64,000 nucleotides of DNA. Origin: Octopus vulgaris (taxonomy: Eukaryota). Below are positions 13,188 to 26,560 of the stretch, piece after piece. The position numbers and the translations under genes were made by a program. The stretch lies in contig OX597823.1 of assembly GCA_951406725.2 (NCBI GenBank), forward strand, positions 70,928,001 through 70,992,000. Direction: 5' to 3'. The notes below the pieces were generated by a model. That model was not told the origin of the DNA. It saw nothing but the letters and a program-made list of their open reading frames with translations, and ran no database searches. Positions within the stretch are counted from its first letter, which is position 1. Every line of letters begins with the position of its first letter.

Positions 13188-13602
13188 TCAGTAGTCTTAT
13201 TTCTATCACGTGCTTTCACTGCGCAGCTCTGTGTGCTTTGGGTGTATACTATTAGTTGTTGAAGGCGGCGAGCTGGCAGAAACGTTAGCACGCCGGGCGA
13301 AATTACTTAGCCGTATTTCGTCTGCCGTTACGTTCTGGGTTCAAATTCCGCCTTTCATCCTTTCGGGGTCAATAAATTAAGTACCAGTTACGCATTGGGG
13401 TCGATGTAATCGACTTAATCCGTTTGTCTGTCCTTGTTTGTCCCCTCTGTGTTAGCCCCTTGCGGGTAGTAAAGAAATATATATACTATGACTTGTTGTG
13501 GTACTCTTACTTTCACTGTATTGAAAGTGTTTTGCGTAGGATGTGTGTGGTGCCTAGTAGTGATATTTTATGTATGTTATATATACTTATAGGTCCTGGT
13601 GT
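13188..13602 (-). mobile_element. Dong/R4-clade non-LTR retrotransposon 3' end
   Basis: The minus strand reads TPGPISIYNIHKISLLGTTHILRKTLSIQ*, resembling the R4/Dong C-terminal QKxxLLGTAHILRKVL motif. A 3' UTR follows and runs into (AAT)n. Confidence 0.75.
13262..13481 (+). mobile_element. SINE family B with an alternative 3' tail, nested in the Dong/R4 3' UTR
   Basis: Family B head. A 17-bp TSD with 2 mismatches: tatactattagttgttg (13245-13261) / tatactatgacttgttg (13482-13498). Confidence 0.85.
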
Positions 13603-13603
13603 T

Positions 13604-13673
<70 letters not shown>

Positions 13674-14295
13674 GTAAATATAATACAAATACATCAGTTA
13701 TTTACGATTGATATTATAATTTCCACAAGATATCATTACAATAGAAATTTTATTAATTATTTTTATCGAGTAATAAAACATGCAAATATTATCGTAATCT
13801 AATGTGAAATTTTTAATATAAGTTTTCTCATATTACATAATAACACATAACTGACACTTTAATATGGTTGCTTAAAAATAATGCGAATTAGCAAGATATT
13901 GAATGTAGCACCAGGCAGTGTTACAATTTCTGGCTGAGAGGAAACAATTAGTAGAGTAAATTTTGCTTCCAATATTGAATATTGAATCAGCAATTTAACA
14001 TCCAGTCGGATATCCGCTAAGAGTGTAATTAAATTTCACAGCAAACTCATGACAGGGTCGCCGATAGTAATTGTCGTCAATGATATTTTATATTTGTTGA
14101 AAACTGTTTGCTAATAACTGTGTCTCTCTTTATCATTAGAAGCCGACTTTAGACAAGATCCTGTCTGGAAGGGTAATAGTCTGGGTACTGTATCATGTTT
14201 TATCGTTCCTCGATTAGTCGTACCTATACAAACATAGATAAACTCACAAGCACATAAAGCATACGCATCTATCAATCAATCAATCAATCAATCAG

Positions 14296-14384
<89 letters not shown>

Positions 14385-14393
14385 ATATATATT

Positions 14394-14670
14394 GTGTACA
14401 TTTAAGCACATATGAGATGGCCATAATCGGACATCTAAACCGCTAGAAGGAGTAGTTAAAATCCCAAAACCATACTTAGGAGTAATTTCTAAAGGGAAAG
14501 AAAAATAAAAGTATTTATCATCTATTTCCTGGACAATGATTTCGAGCTATCTTCAGCAAATAAAGTAATTTCTCTTTCGAAATTACCCCTAATTGTGGTT
14601 TTGGATTTTAACTACTCCTAGCGATTTAAATGTCCGATTACGGCCATCTCTTATGTGTTTAAATGTACAC
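14394..14670. repeat. Imperfect inverted repeat (~110 bp arms)
   Basis: tgtacatttaagcacatatgagatggccataatcggacat pairs with atgtccgattacggccatctcttatgtgtttaaatgtaca. Confidence 0.9.
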
Positions 14671-14859
14671 TGTATATATAATGAATAATATATTGTCTAT
14701 CGACTAGTTTTTCTACACACTAGGCCACGGCGGTAAAATATTTCTGAACAATATTTTACTACCCTGAAATTTATATATACATATATATATATTTCTCTCT
14801 GCACGCACACACGCACGCGAGTGCGCACATAAGAACTGGACTCTCGTCGATGAATACAA

Positions 14860-15390
14860 GATACAGCTGCACAGTATCTCAGTTCGAACTTTGTTGTGTC
14901 GTCCACTGAATCTATCAAAGAAGTGTGGTGCTGATGTTTTAGTTTGCCGAACAACCTGCATATGATGAATATTATTTTAGAGAGTGTGGTTTGAGAAGTA
15001 TGAGTCCCACTTTGGTGTCCATCAACCCTGTACCGCCCTGCTGCAACAAGTGTCATGAGTTCAGAAGTTACCAGGATGCATGATTTGTAAGGTGATAACT
15101 ATTTCTGGATGAGCAGCTAAAGAGCTGAAGGGTTGCATCCATCCTGGGTCCGTTAGAGGTGATCGTAAGTGACGTCCTGGTGGCAATTCTGTGACATGCT
15201 AATCAAATCATAGGCGGCCAAGCTTTATTTCGTATCATTCGCATCAAGGTGTTTTCTAGAAGCTGATATCCTTAATTTGCATCACCAGAAATAAAGGCTG
15301 TAGTGGCAAATTGCTTCCAAAAATAAGTTTCACCAGCATTGTAGACATGTTAAGCAATCATTTTCTTCATACCCTTAGAATAATTTGCTG
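14860..15390 (-). mobile_element. Tigger/pogo-like transposon relic
   Basis: The minus strand reads VYNAGETYFWKQ (cf. FNxDETGLFWK) at ~15311-15346, followed by an NKAW-like motif. Confidence 0.45.
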
Positions 15391-16226
15391 ATACCTAATT
15401 GGATGGATGGATGGATGAATGGATGGATGAATGGATGGATGGATGAATGGAGGGATGGATGAATGGATGGATGTATAATATATCCACGAAATTGAGGAGC
15501 TCAATTTTTTAGTATGTAGAACTTCAGTATATTATTTTTACGTATTAGGGGGATAAAAAGGCTTATGACCTGGTTATGTTTTTTTTACTTACAAGTAAAA
15601 AAGCTATGCTGAAAATACTTTTTACAACCTCCTAGGTTAAATTTGCTCCTCAGTATTAGCATCACTAAAATGTTAAAACCTCAACTGTTAAATTAGCTTA
15701 TTCTATTACACTCAACTTAAAATCTATTACAGCGGCAGCTTATCGCCGTAAACTGAAAAATGAGGATGATAATGTCAAGAAGACGAAGGGGAAGAAGATG
15801 ATAAAGAAGAAGAAAAAGAAGAAAAAAAAGAAGAAAAGAAGACGATGATGATGACTGACGATGATGATGATGTTGATGATAATGATGATGTTGATGATGA
15901 TGATGATGTTGATGAGGATAATGATGAACAGAAAAATGAATTACTAAGATACTGAGTCTTGTATTTAATTCGAATTTATGTGCCTCCAAAACTTATTTTT
16001 CACTTACACCGAAACATATTTGAATTACTTAATCATACCGATTAATTAATTTAATTAGATTTCAATATAATTGGAAAGTAATTTAGCATAGCTGAAATTC
16101 ATAATACTTCTATATTGTACATTAGATCTAGAGCAAATTATCTTTTTAAAAATGTTTGCATTGTCACTCATTTCCTTATGAAGAACTTTCGCTGAATGTA
16201 CTTTTAATATACACTCGACAGATTTA

Positions 16227-17488
16227 TTGGCTTGTCCGGAAAGTTCGTGCCGATTTATAGTAGCTTAACTTTCGACTTATTTTAGAATATGGTTGAGTTC
16301 ATAAAATAGGATTTGACTTCACTTCCATTTAGAGCACAGTTTAAGATATATTTTCGTGGAAGAAGATTTATGTTCCTATAACCTGTGTTAATTCTGTAAC
16401 CCTTTAAAATGGAAGATAAGAAAATTCATTTTCGGCACTTGATGCTATTCTTTTACCGTAAAGGGAAAAATGCCTCACAAGCAACGAAAGAAATATGCGC
16501 AGTTTACGGTGATGTTTCTTTATCCGAAAGAATTGTACGGAAGTGCTTCACAAAGTTCCGAGCTGGAGATTGTAGCCTTATTGATAAAGAGCGATCAGGC
16601 AGACCATTCACTACAGATCATGACCAAATCAAGTCATTAATTGGGAATAACCCACATTGCACAACCCGAGAATTGGCAGAAATCCTCAACCTATCAAAAT
16701 CCGCCGTTCATGAGCACCCGGTAAAGCTTGGGCACACATATCGCTACGTTGTTTGGGTACCACATGAGATGAGTGAGAAGAACCTTTTGGATCGCATTTT
16801 CATCTGTGATTCCCTTTATAAACGGAATGAAAATGCACCTTTTTTAAAGCAAATTGTGACAGGTGATGAGAATTGGATTATCTACCGAAATGTTCAGAGA
16901 AAGGGATCCTGGAGTAGGCGACATGAGCCACCTTTAGCCACCCCAAAAGCGGGTCTTCACCCTAAAAAAGTCTTGCTTTGTGTCTGGTGGGATAGGAAAG
17001 GAATTCTATACTAAGAGTTTCTCCCAAGTAACCAGACAATTAATTCTGAGAAATACTGCACACAACGGAACAAGTTAAAAGCAGCAATTCAAGAGAAACG
17101 TCCAGAATTGGCCAACAGGAAGGGTGATGCTTTCCAACATGATAATGTAAGACCGCACGTTTGCTGCAGCTCGGCTGGGATGTGTTACCCCGCCCTCCAT
17201 ATTCACCAGATATTGCTCCTTCGGATTTCCACTTATTCAGGTCTCTGTAGAATAGTCTTAATGAAAAAAATTTCAATTCCTTCGATGACGTAAAAAGATA
17301 CCTTGATGAATTATTTGCCATGAAACCACCTCAATTCTGGGAAGAGGGTATTTTCAAGTAAAAGGAAAGATGGAGAAGCATTGTGCAACAAAATGGTTCA
17401 TATTTGGTTGATTAAAAATGTAATAGCAAGTATTTATTGACTTTTTCCTTCATTTTAAAAATCGGCACGAACTTTCCGGACAACCCAC
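16227..17488 (+). mobile_element. Full-length mariner (DD34D-type) transposon, defective
   Basis: ~30-bp TIRs (ttgtccggaaagttcgtgccgattt / aaatcggcacgaactttccggacaa), TA on both sides (16225-26, 17489-90), 1262 bp long. Confidence 0.95.
16409..17415 (+). pseudogene. Mariner transposase with a premature stop (17014) and frameshifts
   Basis: HFRHLMLF, RSGRP, WVPHEM, VTGDENWI and LCVWWD, then QHDNVRPH and YSPDIAPSD in other frames. Confidence 0.95.
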
Positions 17489-17958
17489 TATATAAGTTAG
17501 AATGATTTTTATACCAAACTAATTTAAACACTTCCAAACTGTATCTAACAGACATAGAAAGGACTGTCCCCTCTCAATACGTGCACTGGAAGATCGAATG
17601 ACTGATCCTAGTTATTTAATTAATAAGAATCTCATTCATTGCAAATAATTAAATTCTTTAATTATTTCGAATCATTCCAAACGAAAAAATGAAAATAATA
17701 TTATTGTTCATGATAGAAATGAAGATGAATGAAGCAATAACATTTCAAATAAGATGAACAAGGAAAAATCTGTCGTTGTAGGAAAATTTGATTGGGATTT
17801 TCTTCCAGTATAGTTAATCTATTTCTCAATTCATTATTATTTTAATCTGGCATTTCAATAATCGATCTTTAAATTGTTTTGTTCCATCTTACATATTATA
17901 CAATATATTCTTTAACTTTGTTCTGTTCATCAATAGCTGCCTTTCCATCTATTACATC

Positions 17959-18017
<59 letters not shown>

Positions 18018-18390
18018 CACGCATTTACACACACATATATACATACACACCACACGCACATACACACACATATATACATACACACTTATGTATGTATGCA
18101 TGTATGTATGTATGTTCAAACAAATATCCCTCATTAGCGCCGGAGGCAGAGTTGGTCCAGAATCGGATTTTCAATATCTAATTCAACGTGGATATGCTAT
18201 GAAAAGCGTCAAAATTGCTGTGTCTTGAGATTGTTCCTCGTATGGGTGCATTGTGCTAAAACGAAGGCATAGAAATGTATCAATAGCAGACGAAAAGCAT
18301 CCAGCAGAGGTGCTGCAATTTCTAAATTATGATTTCTGTATCTTTACACGTCATCAGTAGTAAATATCGGCTAAGCGGGGTGCGCTTAGG

Positions 18391-18452
<62 letters not shown>

Positions 18453-18495
18453 GTTTAATATGTGCCAACGCACGAAACTCTCCGGCCTTGAGTCA

Positions 18496-18897
18496 TTCTA
18501 TTACTCTTTTACTTGCTTCAGTCATTTGACTGTGGCCATGCTGGAGCACCGCCTTTAGTCGAGCAAATCGACGCCAGAACTTATTCTTTGTAAGCCCAGT
18601 ACTTATTCTATCGGTCTCTTTTGCCGAACCGCTAAAGTACCGGGACATAAACAAACCAGCTTCGATTGTCAAGCGATGCTGGGGGACAAACACAGACACA
18701 CAAACATATACACTCATACATATATATACATATATACAACGGGCTTCTTTCAGTTTCCGTCTACCAAATCCACTCGGGCTTTGGTCGGCCCGAGGCTATA
18801 GTAGAAGACACTTGCCCAAGGTGCCACGCAGTGGGACTGAACCCGGAACCATGTGGCTGGTAAGCAAGTTACTTACCATACAGCCACTCCTACGCCT
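18496..18897 (-). mobile_element. SINE family A, full length
   Basis: tRNA-like head (gtggct.tggtaag...ggttcagtccc), ccttgggcaagtg core and aaaagagt tail. Confidence 0.92.
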
Positions 18898-19665
18898 TGT
18901 TACTTCTGCTAAATATCAATAAATATATATATATACTCATATCTTGAAATCTATTTGTCCTGTTTGCATCAACACACACACACACGCACGCACACACACA
19001 CACATACACACATACACATACATATACATGTTTATTTATGTATGTGTATTGAGTATATATTTATGTATATATATACATATGAGTGTGTGGGCACGTATAT
19101 GATAAGAATAACATATTTATATGGGCATCCGTGTCGACACATCCGTATTTTTGTATATGTTTGTATATCTCTTCTGATATAAGAATGATGAATCAGGTCT
19201 TTCCATACCACTTTAAGTGCATTTATCTGAAGTTAATATTACGTATGTTGAATATTTCCTCCATTTCATTATTCTAATGAAACTTATTGCCTTCTTGCTA
19301 TTAATACGGATCCATTAAGTTTGATATTACTTTTTGCTTAACTGGCGTTGAATACGGTAGTTTGTCTCACTATTTTCCCATCTCATTCAGTCTTTTTATT
19401 TACCTTGTCTTTTCTATCCTAAGCGCGTGCATAAATATATATATATTAGAAGAAATGAGGTAATCAGAAGATCGGATGGTTTATATTTACAGATATTTAT
19501 TTATATATTATATTTTTTACATATATATCATATCACTTAGATCATTAGCGCTTTCTCCCATTCTAGTGGGGTTTTCAAATCAATATATATATATTATATT
19601 ATATTATATTATATATATTTATATACATACTTAATAAATAGTAGATGATATATAGTTTATGCTTG

Positions 19666-19758
<93 letters not shown>

Positions 19759-19782
19759 GTGTGTGTGTATATATGCATATAT

Positions 19783-20691
19783 AGGCACAGGATGTTACAA
19801 ACAGTTCAAACGAAATGAAAACGTAAACAATGAGAAAAAATGGAAAACAAGTAAACACAGAGAAAGGAACCTTCATCAGTTGTCGGCTGTCTATCTACTC
19901 CTCATTTCGAGCATTCAACGTCAATATGAGTCTACAGAGAAAGTTGCTCCCATAAATTCTAAAATTAAATTTAGGATTGAAGGAGGGTCAAAATTGGGAA
20001 CAAAAACAAGACAGTGGAGATATACAAGCAAACCGAACGAAAACAAACAATGAGGGTCGTTAGACCAGAACGAGAGGAAAATAGTGAACTCTGTGAGAAA
20101 CATTTTTTTGAAGCGAGAAAAGAAACAAGGGAGAGAAAAAACGTCCACTCTTTTGAACGTACGTGCAGGAAAAGAAAGATGCTCACGCGAGGAAAAGAAA
20201 GATGGACGATGGTCACGTATGAGCAACAAGAGAAAGAGAGAAAAAGAGAAAGGGGGAGGGGGAGAGAGAAAAGGAGAAAGAGGGAGAGAGACAGAAGAGG
20301 AGAAAGAGAGATAGATAAAAAACAGCGAAGGAGGGAGGGGGAGAAAAAGGGAATTAGAGAGGGACGGGGTAAGAAAAGATTATAGAGAACAGAATCGCAT
20401 CAAAACAGGTGAAATAAACTTACTTGGAAATAGATGCGTGACGTTCAATTAAATGACAAATAGTAAATAACACACACACACACACACATGACCGCGTGTG
20501 TACCGTTAGTGATTTTTTTCCTCCGTCTTCCCTTTTCTGGATCTTTCCTTTTCCTATGTTTCTGACGAAGAGCTCCGCTCGAAACGTAAAACCCTCCTTC
20601 TTCCCTTCCTTCCTGAGCGTCCAATAATACTATATTTGTTCCACGTCCTCGCGTTGTTGTGTTTTCTCTTTGTGTTTTCATGTTTGGATTA

Positions 20692-20759
<68 letters not shown>

Positions 20760-21145
20760 TATACATACATACATGCATATATGGGTACATGAAGTCACCA
20801 ACGGTGCAAAGAACATGAAAAATGTAAACAACGAGAAAAATGGGAAACAGGACAAGTAAACACAGAGAAAGGAGCCTTCATCTGTTGTCTTCCTTGTATG
20901 TTTCCAATGTCATGTTTTTGTTCCCAAATTTGACCATCCATAAATCCTAAATTTTATTTTAGAGATTATGGGAGTAACTATCTTTGCTGACTCATATTGT
21001 CATTGAATGTTTGAAATGAGGAGTAGATAGACAGCCGACAAGTGTTGAAGGGTCCTTTCACCGTGTTTAGTTGCCTTGTTTTCCATTTTTGCTCGTTCTT
21101 TTCGTATTTCCTGTTGTTTGAACCGTTGGTGACGTCCTGTACCCA
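19783..21145. mobile_element. Non-coding partial-tandem element with an inverted terminal copy (PLE pseudo-LTR-like), copy 2
   Basis: 19785-19880 is repeated directly at 20783-20888. 19785-20030 is repeated in inverted orientation at 20893-21145. Confidence 0.65.
20558..20592 (+). ncRNA. Minimal type I hammerhead ribozyme
   Basis: GTTT-CTGACGA-A-GAGC-tcc-GCTC-GAAA-CG-TA-AAAC: intact core, 4-bp stems I and II, loopless palindromic stem III (ACGT), GUA cleavage triplet. Confidence 0.8.
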
Positions 21146-21150
21146 TATAT

Positions 21151-21185
<35 letters not shown>

Positions 21186-21187
<2 letters not shown>

Positions 21188-21465
21188 TGGCTTATTAGCA
21201 ATTTAAAACCTAAAGGCAAATATATAGACGCCACTAAAGTGACAGAGGGTAATAAGTTGTACCGGCATAGCTAGAAATAAGGGGCAGACTCAGTAGCCAC
21301 AAGAGCAATATCTTAATAACAGATCAGGGAGAGAAGCCCCTTTTCGAAGGTAGTGAGTCGGTTTGACTCTTACTTCTAGCAATGTCGGTACTACTTAGTA
21401 CCCTCTGTCACTTTAGTGATGTCTATAAATTTGTCTTTAGGTTGTTAAATTGCTAATAAGCGACC
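21186..21465. repeat. Imperfect inverted repeat (~100 bp arms)
   Basis: gcttattagcaatttaa...cactaaagtgacagagggta pairs with taccctctgtcactttagtg...ttaaattgctaataagc. Confidence 0.9.
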
Positions 21466-21600
21466 CATGTTATTTGTAGTTTTCACTTTTACCGTTTTTG
21501 AATTCAGTGTATGAGTTCAACGGTTTTCTTATAAGCTGAGGCGGTAAGTTGAGTTTAACCCTAGGCGCAGTAAGAGCCACCGATAGGAATTAGGATGCTA

Positions 21601-21653
<53 letters not shown>

Positions 21654-21705
21654 TCATATATATATTCTACGTGTGTATATATATATATTTATATATATAT
21701 ATATT

Positions 21706-22088
21706 TAATTGCTTCAGTCATTTTGACTGCAACACCGCCTTTTAGTCGAATAAATCGACCCTAGGATTTATTTTTGTAAGTCTGGTACTTATTCTATCGG
21801 TGTCTATTTCCGAACTGCTAAGTTACAGGGACGGAAATGCTACTATCGGTTGTCAAGCGATGGCTTGGGAGACACAGACTGACAGACACACGTACACATA
21901 ACATACACGCGCGCGCACACACACATATACGACGGTCTTCTTTCAGTTCCCGTCTACCAAATTCACTCACAAGGCTTTGCTCGGCCCAAGGGTATTATAG
22001 AAGGCACTTGCCGAAGGTGTCACGCAGTAGGACTGAAGCTGGAACCATGTGGTTGGAACGCAAGCCTCGTACCACACAGTCAAGCCTA
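21706..22088 (-). mobile_element. SINE family A
   Basis: Homologous to the 18496-18897 copy. Confidence 0.85.
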
Positions 22089-22924
22089 TGTATATATATA
22101 TATATCATTAAAGAATTGGAGAAAAAAGGACAAGAAAAACGGGATCAACAATATATTCTATTAAATACCATTGTGAGTACAATTTTTTCTTATCAGAATT
22201 TTCCTTTGTGTTCATCCCATCCTACGATTTAATTGACGCTGCTTCCACCATAGAATATGTACACGAACACACATTCTTTCCTTTACGGGAATCATTAAAG
22301 ACCTCAGAATCTATGAGAAAATATTATCAATTGTGTTCTTGTTTTCTCCAAGTCGTCCGATAATTTCAACGAAATGGTTACGTTATCTATGCTGTTAAAG
22401 TACGGTGTCCCGAATGGTATTGTCTACTTCACCAGCATAAATGAAAATCCATAAAGCTTTGTGCAAAGTACAGTCCGTGCTGTTAAAACGTTTCTTAGAA
22501 TAGAGGCAATCGTTTAAGATGTGAGCCTATGTACATTTCGTTCTGAAATTGTGAGCGTTGACATTCTCAGCCTAAGACTTGAGCAAAAACATTCAAAGCC
22601 TGTATGTCTCTGATCTCGACTCTCCTAATGTTTTTGCCCTCACAGCTCATCAATTATGTCATGTAAACTTGTTTACATCCCTTTGAGAATGTTGCTGTCA
22701 AGTTTGGTTAGGTTCTAGTTTGGCTTGAAACTTTCAATTTGGTCTAGCGATAGCACACAACATAGTTATTTTAATTACTTTAGAATTTGTACCGCTGGCA
22801 CTAAGAAAATCTTTCTGATATATAAGGGACAAACTGGATATTCCGGTAATAAGCTTCTAAACAGGAAACAACATAGTATTTGAAAGTCAACACGGCTGTT
22901 CTTATTCAGATTATGTGCAGAAAA

Positions 22925-23130
22925 CATTCTGTATGAAAGTGAAACCTGGACTACAAAGAAGAAGCTTTATAGTACGTACTGAAGTTTTCTTATAAAGGCT
23001 TAAAACATCTTGTAGTATGAGCACAAGACGGAAGAGGAGTTTCCCATTCTTCATCAAACTTTATTTATTGTTGCTTAACACAGGGTAGGCGATTGTTTTG
23101 GCCACTACTACCGTTCTGCATAATTATATC
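22925..23130 (+). pseudogene. RTE-like LINE RT C-terminal relic
   Basis: LYESETWTTK (cf. LYGSETW) and a downstream FGHYYR-like motif. Confidence 0.45.
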
Positions 23131-24546
23131 AGTTGTTATATTTTGGATACGTCCTTACCCCAATAGATGACGAAAACCACTCATCGTAATTTATCTCATT
23201 AGCAGCGACACGCAACATAAATTGGACTTAGTAAAACCAAAGAGGACAGAGATACTTGGAGTTGCATTGTGAAACGCTTGTTGGTTGTGGATGCTTGAAA
23301 TTCACAATGATTACCGACAGAAATCTCACTTAGATTGGTTAATTCGATTCCAGTGTTTCCTTTTCAGTTATCCTTATTCTCTTACTACTATTTCTCTAAC
23401 GAATTCTTCCACATTCATAAAAGAAATTCACTAAATGCAAAAACCTTAAACTAATTTTATACCTGAAAAGCATAATTTTATACCTGGAAAGAATAAAAAT
23501 GTATAAATGAAAATGACTTAATTTATACCGACATGAAATAGAAATAGATAAATTCAGTAATTTAATATCTACTTGCTGATTCGGATTTGGCTGTGGCCAT
23601 GAATAATTAGTCCTCTTCACTTTATTAGAAAATGGGAACGAACGCAATCTACTGAAACCTAGTGAAGACCATTCGTTAATAGCTTACTTCTATTTTAGTC
23701 GCTAGCCACAAGCTCTTAAATTAGTTGTTGCATAAAACAAATTTGAAACGTCATAATTACATGAATTGAGATTCAATTTCTGTATTTACAGAGACAAGTG
23801 CTTTTATGTGATATTTTCACAGGAAGCTTAAATCAATATTAGTTGCGTGTCATGGGGCACTAACACATATCAATAAAGAAGCTTACATATCGCCCATTCG
23901 GTTTAAGCAACGTTACGAATATACATTGATTTTTTTTTGCATCTGCTCTTGGCCTCACAGTTTACTGATAAGGAGTATAGCGGATTAACTCGATCCTCGT
24001 AAGAGACCGGCATATATTTTATCGCAATACGAGGTAAGATTTATGACTGCTGCGAAATGTGAACTCAGCATATTTACAGTCGAACGCAAGAAGGGAAGTC
24101 CTGTAGTTTACTGCCCTGCGTGTCTATAAATTATCTTCACTAAAATCGAGATAAATGATTAATTACTTTTGCCTTAAATCATGAACAATTTCTACAGATA
24201 AAGATAACACCTAGCCTTCCATTCTAAATTTATCAGGTATAATTTTCTGGTGTGGAAATAAAGACAAATTAGAGTCAGAGACAGCTTTAAGTGTCATAGC
24301 ATCAGAGGTGATAATATCTTACATACACTCTTTATTTTACTAACTTTCACATACACACACGCACACACCATACATATATACCAGCCATTAATATATAGTT
24401 GAATAACTTTATTTAAAATTTTTTACTTATTAAGTGTTAGTGTGTGTGAGTGCGTGTGTGTGTGTAAAATATATCGTCATGCGCACAGTGAATAGTGAAA
24501 ATCAACACGATGTCATGCATATTCACTCTTAACACACCACACACGC

Positions 24547-24639
<93 letters not shown>

Positions 24640-24910
24640 AGTTTAATAAAAGTAGCGTCTTCTTCGATGGCGTTTTGTGTCCATTAACATAGCGGTGTAC
24701 AGACACCAATAAAATAAGAGCCAGACTGAGATATGTTCTATGGCTGATATGACCCACCAAAGATTTGAAAGCTGCGCTCCGGCTTGTCTGCAACCCCATG
24801 ACATATAGAGCAGTAAATTATTGGAAGTAAGTGAATGAAAGTTTACCCAATACACCATTCTAAATTCGCAACCACAAAACGCGATGGATTTTAATATCAT
24901 ATTTTATTAT

Positions 24911-25065
24911 AAGGCGGTAAGCTGGCAGAATCTTTATCACTCCTAGCAAAAATGTTTAGCTGCATTTCGTTCGTCTTTTAAATTCCTTCGATGTTGACTT
25001 TGTTTTTCATCCTTTCGAGGTCGATAAAATTGAGATTTGGAGTCGAAGTAGTCAACATACCCTCG
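24911..25065 (+). mobile_element. SINE family B, degenerate
   Basis: aaggcggtaagctggcagaatc...ttcatcctttcgaggtcgataaa. Confidence 0.7.
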
Positions 25066-25285
25066 AACTTGGATATATTCATCGATGTGACGAAATCGGT
25101 ATTTTGCCTGATGTCCCTTATCTATAACTCCTAATACCATCACTAAATATTATTCAAATAGATGGCCTTCACCTCTTAGGCCCATACCTGTATCTCTATC
25201 AAATTTTTCTGATTCTTTCAGGTGTTTCTCTCTCCCTCTCTCACACTCTTCCTGCTTCGACCTTTTCTTCCTTTTCCTTTCTCTA

Positions 25286-25339
<54 letters not shown>

Positions 25340-25457
25340 ACTTCCTTTCTCTTTTCCATTTTTCTCTTTCAATTCCTCAACGTATAATTTGCAACAAGTT
25401 ACATATTGAATATTTATCTGTTTTATTCTCTCCCGACATGCATACATAGATAAACAT

Positions 25458-25498
<41 letters not shown>

Positions 25499-25559
25499 TT
25501 CATATAGTACACACGAATACACACACACACACGCACACATACATATATACATATCATAT

Positions 25560-25614
<55 letters not shown>

Positions 25615-25621
25615 AAGATGA

Positions 25622-26161
25622 TTTTCCCCTGTTCGAAAATATTAGGACATACATATTGTGTCGTATAAGCAGCTGGAGACGATGTTTCCTGAGGCTAATT
25701 AACAGTAACATTCGTCCCAACCAGGACTGCCACATTATGTTGGCAAATAATCTTTAACTTTAGAGTACAGTTTTTGAATATCTCTCGTTGAAAGACTGAG
25801 AAATAATAATGTTTCTATTTATTAGATAAGTGGGGTGTGTCACTTTCAAAATTATAAATATTTTTGAACAGGAATTTGGCAGCTCCATCTCAAGCCGGGT
25901 AGTTATTCTGTACCGAGGAAGAGAAATAACCCTCAAACTGCCGTCCACAGATATTGCTGGGTGGAGATGCTAAAATTCCCTGATCGAAAATATCAGGACA
26001 CAGGTAGTGTGTCGTATAGCCAGCTGGAGATGATGTTTCCTGGGGCTAAATAACAGTAACATTCGTCCCAACCGGGACTACCACAATTTGTTGGCAAATA
26101 ATCTTTACTTTAGAGTACTGTTACTGAATGTCTCTCGTTGATAGATTTAGAAATAATAATG
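25622..26161 (+). repeat. Partial tandem duplication, ~350 bp period (~1.5 copies), flanked by (TA)n
   Basis: tgtgtcgtata..cagctggaga.gatgtttcctg.ggctaa.taacagtaacattcgtcccaacc occurs at ~25656 and ~26008. Confidence 0.9.
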
Positions 26162-26198
<37 letters not shown>

Positions 26199-26201
<3 letters not shown>

Positions 26202-26518
26202 CCCTCACATCTGGTCACCTATCTCCCCACACTGCAACGCCCTTGGTTATTATGTGTGGAGCACAGTTGATCGAGAGACCTACAAAACTCCTTGTAACAC
26301 CAAAAAGGAACTGAGGGCAAGGACTATGGCAGCATTCACCAACTTAAACAAGGGGACCGTCCAAAAGAGTTGCAGGAGATTCCGAAATAGTCTGGACCCG
26401 TGGTCGAAGCCAATGGCGATTTTATCAAATAACTTTACTGTTTAGTATTCCATGATATTTTTATGTAATCTTGGTAAATATATTTGTTAAAATGAGATGT
26501 TAATATTTTCATTGTTGC

Positions 26519-26520
<2 letters not shown>
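26199..26520 (+). mobile_element. maT/DD37D-like transposon 3' fragment
   Basis: WSPISPHCNALGYYVW...ELRARTMAAF; clearly similar to 36150-36450. Confidence 0.8.
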
Positions 26521-26552
<32 letters not shown>

Positions 26553-26560
26553 TTATCAAT

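Noticed and set aside
18318-18365. Minus-strand CTGATGA-cg-tgta-aaga-taca-GAAA motif
   Set aside because: Two extra bases before stem II and weak AT-only stems; could be chance.
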